Of a stretch of 64,000 nt of DNA, positions 13,591 to 29,405 are shown one piece after another. A program made the translations under genes and the position numbers. The stretch lies in the NCBI RefSeq assembly GCF_009914755.1, contig NC_060930.1; one strand, given 5' to 3'. The first letter of the stretch is position 1; each line of letters begins with the position of its first letter. The notes beneath the pieces were generated by a model. It saw nothing but the letters and a program-made list of their open reading frames with translations. It had not been told where the DNA came from and did not search any database. Origin of the DNA: the human T2T-CHM13v2.0 reference genome, Homo sapiens.

Positions 13591-13908
13591 TTTTTTGTTT
13601 GTTTTTGGAGACAGGGTCTTGTCTCATATCAAAATAAGAAGTTGTCCACTTCTGGAGTGCAGTGGCACAGTCATGGCTCTAAGCAGCCTCGACCTCCTGG
13701 GCTCAAGCCATCCTTCTGCCTCAACCTCTCCAATAGCTAGACCTACAGGCGCAGGCAACCACACCCAGCAATTTTTTTTTTTTTTTTTGGTAGAGAAGGA
13801 GTCTTGCTGTGTTCCCCAGGCTGGTCTTGAAGTCCTGGGCTCATGCAATTCTCATGCCATCTTGGCCTCCCAAAGTGCTGGGATGACAGGCATGAGCCAA
13901 CATGCCTT
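13591..13908 (-). mobile_element. Alu (AluJ-like) with a short non-Alu replacement near the tail
   Basis: Antisense Alu; atatcaaaataagaagttgtccactt replaces the consensus segment. Confidence 0.9.
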
Positions 13909-14176
13909 AGTTTTTACATAGATTTTGGCTGAAAGATTCTCCTGATCTTGCATGTTGAGTATGAAGATGGAAAGGAAGCTGTGAGAACTAAATATGACAG
14001 AATCTTGTGCTGGATTGGCTGTATATAGAGAGAAGAACATGGCCACTAGACTGTGAGGCTGGTAGAGTGTGGTGTGATGATCAGGAATGGAGAACGAGTG
14101 GGATGTGTACTCAGAAGGATGTATTTGCCCTAAAGGAATCTTTGAAGGATCAGCAGCAATGTGATTCAGGTATATC

Positions 14177-14336
14177 TAGCCGCGCTTGGTTGTGCCGTCT
14201 ATAGTCCATCTCTGTGGAGGCTGACACGGTGGAATCCTTGACACCTGGAGTTTGAGGCTGCAGTGAGACATGATTGTGCCTCAGCACTGCTGCCTTGGCA
14301 ATTAAGTGGCACTTTGTCTCAAAAAAAAAAAAAAAA
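14177..14336 (+). mobile_element. Alu right-arm monomer (FRAM/AluJ-like), diverged
   Basis: gagtttgaggctgcagtgagacatgattgtgcc...gtctc followed by A16. Confidence 0.8.
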
Positions 14337-14389
14337 CAATGGTGATATGGGACTCTTAATTTGTGACTTTGGTCTTGCGTGGCTTAAAA

Positions 14390-14630
14390 TTTTTTTTTTT
14401 AAATGACAAATAATAATTGTACATATTTATGGGTCACATGATGATTTTGTGATACATGTAAGTGATCAGATGAGGGTAATCAGCATATCTCATCTCAAAC
14501 ATTTATAATTTCTTAGTGTTGGGAACATTCAACATCCTCCTTCTGGGTGTTGCTAACTGTAGGCATCCTACAGTGGGATATAACACTAGAACTTATTCCT
14601 CCTATCTAACCATAATTTGGTATCCTTTTC
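14390..14630 (-). mobile_element. L1MA-type 3'-terminal fragment
   Basis: T-run then aataattgtacatatttatgg...ttgggaacattcaa...agaacttattcctcctatctaac, typical of an antisense L1MA 3' end. Confidence 0.75.
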
Positions 14631-14633
14631 TAA

Positions 14634-14955
<322 letters not shown>

Positions 14956-17659
14956 AAGCCAGGTTCTTTAAAGAGTAACTATGACTTAACTAGTTTGGCT
15001 ACTTTTGGGAAAGGAATTTTGATGTCTAAAATTGCTGTCGGCATTTTGCTTAGTAAATAATGAAATAATAGTTTCTGCCTCCACCAGTCCACCAATCCCG
15101 TTTCATTAGGATGTCTGAAGATTGCTCTGTTGATTATGGAATTTAGTTATGCAGGTCTTTACTATGGCGCAATTGTGACTGTTGTGTTTAGTTCTCAAAG
15201 GTAGAGAAGGAGAGAAACCCATCAGGGAATGTCTCAGTGATTCTGTGTAGAGAGGAATATGTGTGTTTGTGCTACATGTACTTGTGCGTGCACTATCTTA
15301 TAACATTATATTTTCTGAGGTTCTGGGAAACCTGGAGAGTCTTTTAGTTGCGGAGGCATGCTTATTTATTGTTCAAATAAATGCCATCTAGAGAAAACAT
15401 TACCAAGTAAGTACCTGGCTTTGAAGTTTCAGGATTCCAGACAGAAGAGAATCATCTTTTCATAGATAAAATTTACTTCTTTTAGATGTCAAATACAAAA
15501 AAGGCTTAAATAATTAAAGCCTAGGAGATGTTTAAAACAAATTTAAAAAAATGCTCTGAACCTTTGGAAATGAATTTCATATATGAGCTAGGCAATAAAA
15601 ATAGGCTTTGTTATTTGTTTTTCTGTTCGTATACAATATTGTACTGTTTTGCTATTTCTTTTATACTTTTTTTAGATCTGAGGTATTAAAAATGAGTCAT
15701 CCTAGCTTTAAAATACCATTTTTTTTTCCCGGGAGGATAAGTGTGTTTACCTGATCTGACTCTACAAACCCCAAATGACAGATGATGCTTATTATAGCTT
15801 CATGACCCTGAAAATCTGATGGATTTGGTGGCCTTAGATAGCATCTTTTCTATCTAGGATATCTAGATAGCATCAAGATAGGTAGTTTCTTGAGCTAATT
15901 AAAACCTGTATTTCAGTGTGTACAAAGGTTACATAGTGATCCCTGTTGTTGTGGTACTTTAATAATTTTATTTCCATTTTAATTTAAGAAAAACAGGATG
16001 TTAAGCTTTTTTTTTTTTTTTTTTTTTACAATCATAAAAGTAGTTCCTGTTCATCTTGGGAATATTGGCAGAAGAAAGGTAAAGAAGTAGGCAAAAGAAT
16101 GCATTCAAAATAGCATCTCCACCATCTCCCAGAGACGACCGCTGTTAATTACCTTGTTTGTGACTATTTTACTGAGCATTCTGTGTGCATGTATAATACA
16201 TATTTTTCCTGAAATGATATTGCATTATACTTTCGTTTTTGCAGTCTGATTTTCCTACTTAACACTGTCACAAAAATGCCTGTCATTTCATTTTAATAGC
16301 TTATGTTCCATTTGGTGAATGTCTCATAATTTATCTAATTCCTGATGCACATTTAGAGAGATTTCCACCTTTTTGATATCCACTGCTAATGACGCATATC
16401 CTTAGTTAAATCTTCACCTTGTTGAAGCCCTTTCAGGCAAAGTTGACAGTTGGGAATGCGATTAACCTTCTTACACCTGCATCCTAATTCTGTTCTTTTT
16501 TCGTGCTGATTCCAAAGCAAACATAGCTTGTCACATCCCCAAGCCTCTAGTGTTCACCATAAAGAGCTCAGTCAGCCCATCACCCTTGGGTGACAGCGAG
16601 CACTGTGAGGGGTAAAGAAGGCAGTCTTTAATATGCTCATTATTTATAGGGAAGAAAGTCTGGCTGCAGAAATAATGAAGGAAGCAAATCAAACACCTGG
16701 AAGTGATGTTTGTTGCTAAGGATCCAGGTCTTTTTTTTTTTTTTTTTTCCCTTCTCCAGTCCTCAATTATTACCTTTAATATTCTCGGCACTTCTTTGGG
16801 ATTTGGAAGAGAATAAATCGTGAGGCCAAGGGAAAGACAGCGAGTGGAGTTCTTTAAACCTTGTTTGTTATCTGTTAATGACAGTGAGAAATCTTTGAGA
16901 TGGGGAGGAAAAACCCTATACTATTAATACTGGGATTAGTATAGATATGTAAACACCCAGCTAGTCATTCTGAGGTTAAAAGCTTTAGAAATCTAAAACA
17001 AATTTGTTTTAAGACACTACCAGCTAAGTCTGCAAGGCTCTTTCATTTCCTATTTAATATTGTGACCTAAAATTTCTACAGGAAAGGAGGATGGGATGAA
17101 TAGTGCAGCCGGCCCGAGGTATTTGCCCGCAGTGTATTTATCTTTAAATAGCTGCTTTGAAGGGGTCCACATGTCTCTTGCCAGAGGCATAATTAGTATC
17201 TTTCACTGGCACACGCGGGGAAGAGGGTTTTGCGCTTGCTGCATGCAGTGATTCGTACCATCGCCGTATTCCCTGTCACCACTCTGGTTATTCTTAATGA
17301 GTTCTGTCGTCTCCTCTTTGTTCTGACTATGATTATTAACAGATTAAAAAGAGCTTAATGTAGCAGAGCACTGGCAGGTTAAATGATTCTCTTATTTACA
17401 TTTTCCTCTTTACGGGGCACTGCAAACAAGGGGATTCCCAAAGGGGACTCCTGAAGCATGCAAACCTACATACACAGTTCATTCCTATGACCGTGGGCAT
17501 CACAGTTCAGCGTCACGGCTCGGCACAGTGAAGAGAGTGTTATTATGGGGAGTTCCTCGTAAATATCCTTACTGTCAGCCGTTGTGAAGCAATGCTGTCT
17601 TGTTTTGGAACTGCCTGCCTTTTGTTTCTTCTGTCTTACAGAATCTTTAGTGATCAGCT

Positions 17660-18130
17660 GTCATTCAGTTGCTAATTAATTCAGCAAACCTTTATTAAAC
17701 TCTTTTTGTATGCTAGACACCTAGAAAACAGATTAGACACAGGAAAGCAGTATTGGTGGTGGGTGAAATTGAGGATATAACAATAAATGCGTGAAAATGC
17801 TGGGATAGAAGTGTGTACCCATTAAAGCAGGAAGGGAGAGGCCCTGGGATGGCTGCAAAGGAATGCTGACATTTGCTGCGGGTCTCCGCGTTACAGTGCA
17901 TTAGGAATCTTTGCAGAAAGAGGATAGTGCTGGGAAGGGGTTCTGCAGAAGCAACTGCCAAGGCATGGATTGATGTTGGAGGTCCTGGAGTTAAAGCAAG
18001 AAAGTTAGGATAAGCCTCAGATTCTGCATGCCCTGGGCTAGTTACTGGAGTATCCCTTGGCGTTCTTCAAGTCAGGGGTGACATCATAATACACCTATGA
18101 GGTTAGGAAGATGTTACTGGCAGCTCTGCA
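17660..18130 (-). mobile_element. Probable L2 3' fragment; boundaries approximate
   Basis: tcattcagtt...attcagcaaacctttattaa start followed by a purine-rich L2-like body. Confidence 0.45.
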
Positions 18131-18189
18131 GAAAATCGATTGAGGCTGCAGGGAGTTCTTTCTAGGGGCATTGGCAGAAGGCTGGCATG

Positions 18190-18310
18190 TCTTGGGCAGA
18201 TGATTTAAATATTTCTCAGCCTGAGCTTCCTCATCTGCGAAATGGATATTCTAGAGTCTATAGCACATAGTTGTTGCAGAGCTAATGGGTATGAAATAGC
18301 CCAGAATTGA
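18190..18310 (+). mobile_element. MIR fragment
   Basis: MIR core ttgggcagatgatttaa...ctcagcctgagcttcctcatctgcgaaatgg. Confidence 0.6.
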
Positions 18311-18333
18311 TACCTGAGGCGATCATCCACATA

Positions 18334-18675
18334 TAGGCATCCTTTGATAACTCAGAGGACTGATTTATGGACCTCCTTTTGATACCAAAATTCATGGATA
18401 CTCAAGTCCATTATGTAACATGGCACATGGTATTTGCATGTATGCACATCCTCCTGTATACTTTAAATCATCTCTTGATTACTTATAATACCTAATACAA
18501 TGTAAATGCTGTGTAAATTTGTTAGATAATATTGTTTAGAGAATAATTACAAGGAAAAAAAGAGTCTGTATGTGTTCAGTAGAGATGCAACCGTCCCTTT
18601 TTTTACCTGAATGTTTTTGATCGACAGTTGGTTGATTCCATGGGTGCAGAAGTGTCTGATACAGAGGTCCAACTG
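18334..18675 (+). mobile_element. MER2 (TcMar-Tigger non-autonomous DNA transposon)
   Basis: gataccaaaattcatggatactcaagtcc...ctttaaatcatctcttgattacttataatacctaatacaatgtaaatgct...gatacagaggtccaactg followed by TA. Confidence 0.88.
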
Positions 18676-19764
18676 TACATTTATTTACCATTTTTTCCAG
18701 TGAATTGAGGCAGAGGTAGTGGAGAGGAAGATTATTAGATTTTGGATTTAGGTGGAACTGTCTAAAAGACCAGCTGAATCGGCCACAGGTAATAGAAGAG
18801 ACAGCCAACCTGTGGTGTTTTTTCTAAAGAGCGTTGCTGGCCTCATTGGCAAGGAACACATATTTTGATGTGGTCCTAGCCTTGAGTATTGAGGACTAGG
18901 ATTTCTAAGTAGGGCAAATGCAAAAGCCTGGGGTGATTTAGAGGTCACAGAATGAAAGGGGATTAACCTGCCAGAAAGCAATTAAGTAATCCCCCAATTG
19001 CAAGGAACACTATGGTGCTAATAATGAGCTTCCTTGAGCAAAATGGGAATACTTTACATTATGTAAACTCTTTGGGGAGGAAATCACACTGTCTCCAGTG
19101 GTACACAACTTTTTTTGAGGGTCTCTGGGAGTTGTTGCATCTTAGTTTTTGAGAGCAGCAGTAGTGAAAGTGTATGTTTGAGAACGGTGTCATCACTGCC
19201 TAGGGGCTTTCAGTGGCCTTAACGTTCTGCATATGCTTGGTTTTCTCCTAGAGTCAGTTACCTGTTTCATTTGTTGGGATAGTTTATCAGTTAATAATGA
19301 AGAAATCTGAAACCCTGAAATTTTTGAGGTCTGAGGAGGGGAAGGATGGATCACTTTTATTGGCCCTGTGACGTTGATCAGATGTTATTAATAAGACTGT
19401 AGGTCATTTTGCTGTGAGGATTCTCCCTGCTACAGGCCAGCTGGCCTCTGACCATGTTGTGCCCTCCCTGAAGATAAGGCAGGCTTCCTTTTTGCTGCCA
19501 GTGAGTACTGGCACAGATTCAGTAGTACTTCTCAGAGTCATCTCTGGCCTTCTCCTTACTTTCTAGAGAGTCCTTGAGTCTTTCTGAAATCCACTTAGAG
19601 AACATGGAAATAAGACTTTAAGTATGGCAGTGCTGTTTTGTTGGCCAAGCACCTTGCTGACTGAAGGGGTTTCATTTATAGCACTAAAGTCCCTGGTGTC
19701 TGTGTCCCGCAGGGAAGTTGAGTATTCAGCTTCTCCATTGGGAACTGAGGAAGGCCTCACATGA

Positions 19765-20133
<369 letters not shown>

Positions 20134-22473
20134 AGAATGTTCACTTTCTTACTGGTTTCTTCTTCTCCACTTGAGATAATACCGTGATGGCTTGAGCACC
20201 ATCATGGCTGCTGCTATGTGGTATGATTTCTATATTCAGTGAGATGAAGCGAACCATAGATAGACCTTGTGGCATTTGACTGGGTGTGTATTTGAATGTG
20301 TTTTAAATTGCCAGTGCAGACAACAATATAGGAAGGGTTGTAAGGGGAACGTTACAGTTTTCAATGACAAAGATGCTAGATTAGCGTGGGAATAGGAGAT
20401 TGGGAGGGAAGGTGGTATGATAACCATTGTATTCTCCTTGTGAAGTCCCACATGTTAATTGCACTTGCAGATAGAATACTACCCTAATGTCGGGAATTTC
20501 CTATTTGTGGGATTAGATAGGCACACCTGGGTGCTTGTTTGCACTAGTTCTTGAGAGCTGTAATCCAGGAGGAGGAGGGAGGGTTGCTGAAGGAAAGACT
20601 GGCCATGCATCTAGGAGGTCATTGCGTCATCCCTCCTTGTTCCTTAACAAAGACCAAAGGTTCAGCTTATTCTAACCATTGAGTTCATTTTGCATTTTCA
20701 TCCCCTGTCTCCCAGATTCTGGTCACCAACCAATCTAGTTACTTTCCTATTTGGGAAAGAAGATATGCTGTCACCTATGGAAAGAATGACAGTATGATTT
20801 TATACCTATGAGCATAATAATATCACCTTACTGTGAGTCACTCAGCTTGCTTTTGCCTATGTTTGGAGCCATAAAAATGTTTCGACTGAAGACATTATGC
20901 TCTGTATACAGTTGAGTAACCTCGAGTCTCATGGCAAGTAAGCATCTCCCAGAGCCATGGCCTCATCCTGGAGTCTTGGATCCCATGTAGAGTCCCTTCA
21001 GTGATGGTATCTTTTTTTTTTTTGGAAATACCTATTTAAAAAGAAGTACATTCCCAAGATGAGCATGATTGGATAGGCACCTCCGTATTCAGTAAGGAAT
21101 AGGGATTCCCTTTGTGTTTTGCTCATGCTATTGAGGGCTGCTTCCCTATCTCTGCTACACAAATCCCTCTTCATACCAGAAAGGACATTAAGTGAACGTT
21201 TTACATTCATTTTAATTTTAACCATTACCTTTCCTTTAGGGCAATTGATAGTAATTTTGTCTTGATACAATGGAGATAAATTATTTAAGACATGAATGCA
21301 AGTCACCTTACAGATAATAATAGCACATGGAGCATCTGGATCTGGCAAATACTTTTAGGATGGTAGGCAAATGAATGCGAATTGGGAAATTCTGTTTTAA
21401 TTTCTTCCCTAATAAGTTGTAAAGTCAGACCAGGAATGGGCAGAGATTGGCACTGGACATGTTATATTTGTCCCAAAGTCTTTTAGGGAAGTTTGTGTTT
21501 ACATGTTGTGCATGCATGAACATGTGAGATGAATGTAGACAGCTGCCCTGTTTGAGTCTCTGGTGCTTTGAACAGTGCTGATACATACATACGTAGATTG
21601 ATGCACTAGGGTATTTGGGTGCAACTGCTTTCTTCTGTGACTTCTTTCATCTTCTATCCGTTGCCCAAGTCCCTGCCAGCTCACTTTGAAGTTTTGTTTC
21701 TTAATTTGATAGTCGGGGTTGATTACTTTTCATTCTGTTTATGTATCCCGAAGATGAAACACAAACTTAGTGGGCCAGCCCCATGGTAATTGGGTCAAGC
21801 AATAGAATTTGACTCTGCAGCTAAATGACAGTGCACAGGGAATCCCTCTAGGGTCTTTCCAAAATACAGCCAAGCGATGTTTCGCTGCTTAAGATCAAGA
21901 ACTGATCGAGGGAGGGAAGATAATGGGCAGGAGGGCTTGTCTGTGTACATGATTCATAGAGAAGAATCCAATTTTATAGAAACCACAGCCTAAATTAGAG
22001 AAAGCAAGCTTTTGGATTAAAATGATCTCTGTTGTTGTTGTAACATACCACAGTTTGATTTTTGTCCAGATGAAAACATTTGGTTTGCACTTCAGTAAAT
22101 ATTGTGGAGACATTGCCAGCTAATTCTGAAAAGTAATGAAATACGGCTTTGGCAAAGAGCAGATGCATTCCGTACTCTGATTGCTCTTATCTGATCCAAG
22201 TTCAGATTTTTTTTACATTTGCTAATGCACTTGAATAATCGGGAGAGAAAATCTGCCTGTAATTTTAATAGGAAACTGTCTATATTGACTATACTTTTAT
22301 AATGACCACCCATAAAGTCTTCCCCTGCTCCCCCTGAAAAAAATCCCACACAATTCCCAAACCTCTAAAACATACAGCTTTTGTTGGTTACTTTTCTAAA
22401 ATGAGAGTTTGTAAAGGAGTGATATGATGTGGTGTTCCATGTGAGGAGTCAGCCTCTCTCACTTGCTAAATAA

Positions 22474-22857
<384 letters not shown>

Positions 22858-24297
22858 TGTTCTGTTTTCAAATACGTCTGCTAGATACGAAGTTTCTACC
22901 GACTCAGCACAATATAATTACGTAATGCATCCATTCACCCATTTCATACTGAGAAATATGCAATAGTTTTCTCCAGTGATAAACACCCTGGGCTGCTATC
23001 TGACTTGAGGGGTTTGAAATATCCTTTCTTTCATCCTGTTTGTATTGAGCAGATTCTTCCTCCTCTGCATTTATTTCTAAATGAGATAATCAAGCTGGTA
23101 TGTAGGTAAAGAGGAAATAAATGCTCTTTATATAAATGTCTTAATTAATTTTAGTTTCTTAGATGCTTTGTGTCTTATGCATTTGAGGTTGTTATTTAGC
23201 TATTTTCTAGATATTAGTCCTTTTCTATCGCTGTGACCATTTTTACTTTGGCATGAAATAAGAGATGATCTTACTGCATTTGTCTCGAGGAGAAAAAAAG
23301 AACCTACTTTGGCTTCATTTTTACCAATTCTGTGGCTTCTCTGGGTCTGGAATGCCAGTTTGACCCCTCTGTGATTTTACAAGTGGACATTCCAGCAGAA
23401 TTCTTAGAGGGATTTACAGCAACCACGTGGTGACAGAGCAATGGCATGTGCAGCGTTAGACTCTGTTGGCTTTATTCTTTTGTACCTACTTCTGTTTGTC
23501 TATGACGTTGATGAGATGGACAGGTATGAGGGTGCCCGACCAAATTCTGGAGGTCTGTTCCTTCTAGGGGAGATGCCAGTTGTTCATGAGTGCTCCCCCT
23601 GGTGGATGGGTGATGGATTGGCCGTGGCCCTTGGAGGATGATGCCAAGGAGGACAGTCAGGCCATATCCAGGCTTGGGGAGACAGTGTTGTCCTTGTGGG
23701 GTACCCCCCAGTGAGAAGAAGGGGTACAAGCTTAACCTCTGAACTAAGGGTACTCTGGTGGTGGTTAACTGACCTCCTCCCCTGGAGTTCATTTTTATTC
23801 TGCTTCAATCCCTTTCCTACACTTTCCCTTTTCCCAGTCTTCCTTCCATTCAACATATTACCTCCTGATTCCCCATCTGATTTACGAATCCTTCATTACC
23901 CATTTTTCTTTGTTGATTCTTTACCTTTAGATCCAGACCAACATGCCAATTACCTGAATAGAAGCAGAATCATCTTCTAGGTTGAAAACAATCCTTTTTT
24001 CCTGTGTCCCCATATGTAGAAGAAATTGTGTTCTTTCTTACCTCTGACTTCAGGGCCAGTTCCATCAGAGGGACTTACTACTATTATAAGGTTTTACTTT
24101 GAGAGCAAGTTCCTCAGAATTGCCCTTATTCCTCACTGGTCTTCTATTTCTAATCTTTCTTCCATTTTAGCCCCTCACTTTCTTTCCCAGCACCCAGCAG
24201 GTCACATCACATATTCGTATTTGCCGAGGAGCCATTAAAACAAATCCATTCATAATGTTGGTTGTTTTCTGCTTTTGTTAAAAAATTATCGTCTATG

Positions 24298-24580
24298 GGC
24301 CGGGCATGGTGGCTCACTCCTGTAATCCCAGTGCTATGGGAGATCAGGTGGGAAGATCACTTGAGGTCAGGAGTTTGAGACAAGCCTCGGCAATGTAGCG
24401 AGATCCCGTTCCTACAAAAAATGAAAAAATTATCTGGGTTTGGTGGTGTGCACCTGTAGTCCCAGCTACAGGAGGCTGAGGTGGGAGGATCACTTGTGGC
24501 CAGGAGGTCGAGGCTGTAGTGAGTCATGATCACACCACTGCATTCCAGCCTGGGCGACAGAGTGATTTCTTGTCTCAAAC
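24298..24580 (+). mobile_element. Alu (AluJ-like)
   Basis: ggccgggcatggtggctcac...aggaggtcgaggctgtagtgag...; degenerate tail. Confidence 0.92.
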
Positions 24581-24662
24581 AATATCTTATCCTTTGTAGA
24601 TATCAACAAAGTCTGGATGCTGAACTGAGCGTCTAGATATTTTCTCCATTTTAGTTCTTTGC

Positions 24663-24708
24663 AACATAAACTCAATCCTCACCCTAACATAAACTCAATC
24701 CTCACCCT
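24663..24708. repeat. Perfect 23-bp tandem duplication
   Basis: aacataaactcaatcctcaccct twice. Confidence 0.95.
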
Positions 24709-24873
24709 TTCTCTCAACATCTTGAGTGCAAGGAATGTGATATTTGCTTCATGCTGCTTCTCTAATGTTTGAGTTTTTAAAAAAATCCTCAACAGATCCT
24801 GTTAAGTGGAAGTTAATTCCTTATTTCTAATGTGCTTCACATGGATTTTTACCTGATTCTCTTTGAATCTTAG

Positions 24874-25320
<447 letters not shown>

Positions 25321-26685
25321 TGATGGCCCTCCTCTTGAAATACATGCCTGTAACAGCTTTCCCTCCTGCTTCTCCTGTTTCCTTCTGAAAAATGGTTGAA
25401 TTGGCTGCAGAAGTTTCTATTAGAAAGATCTACACAAGAACCTGCTGTTTTTATACCAATCCATCGTTTGGATTTCAGCTGCTAGTCATTGCCTCCAAGA
25501 TACAGTATAGGAAGGTTGTTCTTTAAAAGAAATTAAGCATGGATATTTTTATCTGGGAGGAACTATTTAACCTATCCCATCTCCTTTTAGAAGAGGGAAA
25601 TTTAATGGCAGAGTCTAAAACTTACAAGTTCTCTCCTAATGGTATGACTGACAGCATGTGTTAGATCGATAGTAAAATAATTTGAATATTTTTTGAGTGC
25701 TGTAGTTACTCTTGTTTTTTCATAAATACTTATAAAGGTAGATTTAGGGAAGAGGGATCAACAACATTGTTGTATTTGATTAGATAACCTGTCTGTACCC
25801 ATGAATGGTGATACTGTACTGAAAACTATGCTAATTAGCCTCCTGTTTTCCTTGTCAGTCTTGTACCAATTGTAAAACCATTTAGATTGAGTATATATTT
25901 TGGTCCAGTGGAAATGTGGATAGATATTTTTTTCTCTTTCTCTTTTAACTCCTGACTGTTTATTTTACTCCCTCTTCTATTTGATTTTCCCCAAAGTCTG
26001 TGTCAGGTTTAAGAACCTTCTTTCTGTCCAGAATCTACTTCTAAATGGAGACAATCAAGGGGAGGGGAACAAAACATCAAAATGGCTTTTGTAAGACCAA
26101 GTTGAAATCTTCTGTCTACAGAGGGTCTTTTTGCCGACTGTATCCCTTTGCAGTTGCATATCCACTCAGTAATGTGGTTCACATAATTTGGGGGGTTTTT
26201 GAACATTGATAGGTCATGAAGATGCCTGTAGGAAAAGGAAGGGGTTGAAGGTCCCACATAGTCTTTGCATTTTGGGGAGATGGGTGCTTGGTTTGCCATC
26301 TCAGCTCCTGATACTGCTCATTTTCCATTTCCTTGTCACTGAGCATATATAGTTCCGAAGCTGGACAGAAATGGTTTTAACTGTGTGTTTAAACCTTGAG
26401 ATCTTTGAGATCTCTATTTAGGTAGGAGAGTGAATTGGTGATCTATCTCTTCGGTGATGTTACTGGAGTGTTTTTAGCTCATTCATAGGCAGGCAAGAGA
26501 AGACATGAATTTTGTATTTACTAGTTCTTTTACTATTAGACTGAAGGGGATTTTGTTTGTGTTTTAGAAGCCTCTGGTTCCAAACAACGTACAAATGACT
26601 TGATTGTATTTCCTGAATTGCCTTTGTTTGATAAAGAGGAACTATATTGTGCTTTTTTTTTTTTTTTAAGAATATTGAGCCTAAG

Positions 26686-26946
26686 GGTGGGCATGGGGGC
26701 TCATGCCTGCAGTCCCAGCACTTTGGGAGGCCAAGGCAGGAGGATTGCTTGAGTCCAGAAATTTCAGACCAACCTGGGCAACATAGCAAGACTCCATCTC
26801 CCCACAAAAAATTAGCTGGGTGTGGTGGTGCGCACCTGTAGCTCCAGCTACAGGATTGCTTGGCCCAGTAAAGGGTGCAGTGAGCTGTGATCGCGCCACT
26901 GCACTCAGCTTGGGCAACAGAGTGAGACCCTTTCTAGAAAAATAAT
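26686..26946 (+). mobile_element. Alu (AluJ-like) with right-arm deletion
   Basis: Diverged sense Alu; atattgagc on both flanks. Confidence 0.88.
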
Positions 26947-27644
26947 GATATTGAGCTTATTTTTTTGTTACTTTAAAATCCGGAATGAGAACCTTTGAGG
27001 ATGAGAGGTTAAGATGTAAAAGGGTAAAGGTGAGGAGATCGGTTCCCCCGTTGGGAGGTTTATTTCTTTATTTTTTATTTCAAATTCAGCACTTTTACTT
27101 AGTGCAGCGTGGGAATTTATTTGGGTGATTTTTGCATCCAGTTAACCTAATCAGGACATCAAAGTAACTTCCAAAACTATTGGAATTTGGGGAATTCATA
27201 TCCACCATAAGGAATGAATATTCCTTATGAATACAACACAGTGATTTTATATAATGAAATGTTATATTCTGTTTTTACTTCTGTCTTCTCTGTCTTTTTT
27301 TTTTTTTTTTTAAGTCTATTAATTTAGAGTAATCTCTCTTCCTCAGCAGTGGGTAGGTGTTTTTATTTTATTATTTTTTTGTTCCATCCTTGGAGGTGTT
27401 TGTTTTTTTTCTCAAGAGATATTCAGATGAGATTTTAAAAATCCTTATTTGTTCTATTTTGCATCTTCTTCCTGCTGGGGGATTTTGCTTGAAATACGTT
27501 CAAAAGGCACAGATGATCTTGGGAGCATTTGAAAAATAAATTTAAAATGGCAGTAGAGATCAGTTGCTTTGTTTTTTCTCCTCGGTTTTGTTTCATTGTG
27601 GTGTTCCTTCTGGAAAGGGTGAGGGTCAAGGCCTGTGTTTATGA

Positions 27645-27866
<222 letters not shown>

Positions 27867-28381
27867 TAAGAAAAAATCTAAAGCTTTGGGTGAGAGCTGG
27901 AAGAGAGCCTCTGCTGAGAAGAGATGAGATGAAGGCAAAGCTCGTTCTGGGTACTTCTCCAGGGCCAGACACTTCATGGGCAAAGGGATTATTAGTGTAG
28001 CTTAGTGTAGTCCAGGGTGTTCTAGGTGAGTGCAGATACTCTGATGATGTGGAGATGATGGTAAATTCTATAAGAGCTGTAGATAAACAGGCATCAGAAC
28101 AGGAAAAGACCAGATCTACATGGGGATGGTCAAGAAGATTTGGTGAAACAACATCTGTGCCCCCCTTTAATTACTAATGTGATTTTAGCAGGTGGATATG
28201 GTATAGGAAGAAAATTATCATTCCTCCTATGGAATTGCACATACATTCTGAAGTGGACTGATTTTCCCCTTGCGTGTATAGTGTGGAGGAGGAGGATAAA
28301 AGGCAGGAACAATAGCTTGAGTATCACAGCAAAGAAACTCATCTTATGTGGATAAGTTGGCTATAGAAAGTGCCTAGTGGT

Positions 28382-28759
<378 letters not shown>

Positions 28760-29041
28760 GCCTAGTGGTTTTTCAATAGAGAAGTGACTTAAATGGAGTT
28801 GTGCCCTGAAAACATGAAGCCGGCATCGATGATGAGGACTTCTTAAAGGGAAATAACTTGAAGGGGAAATGCACAGCGAGGTTGTAATTGTAGGCAATTC
28901 CCTGACCGAAGGTTGTCCAGTAGACATTGGAAGATGTAGAATAGGTATAAAAAGGAGTGATTTCAGAGGCAGCACAGAGGTAGTCCTGAACCAATTGGAA
29001 TTGCACTGAGTGGGGGAATGAGAGTAAGAAAAGAGGAAAGA

Positions 29042-29405
<364 letters not shown>

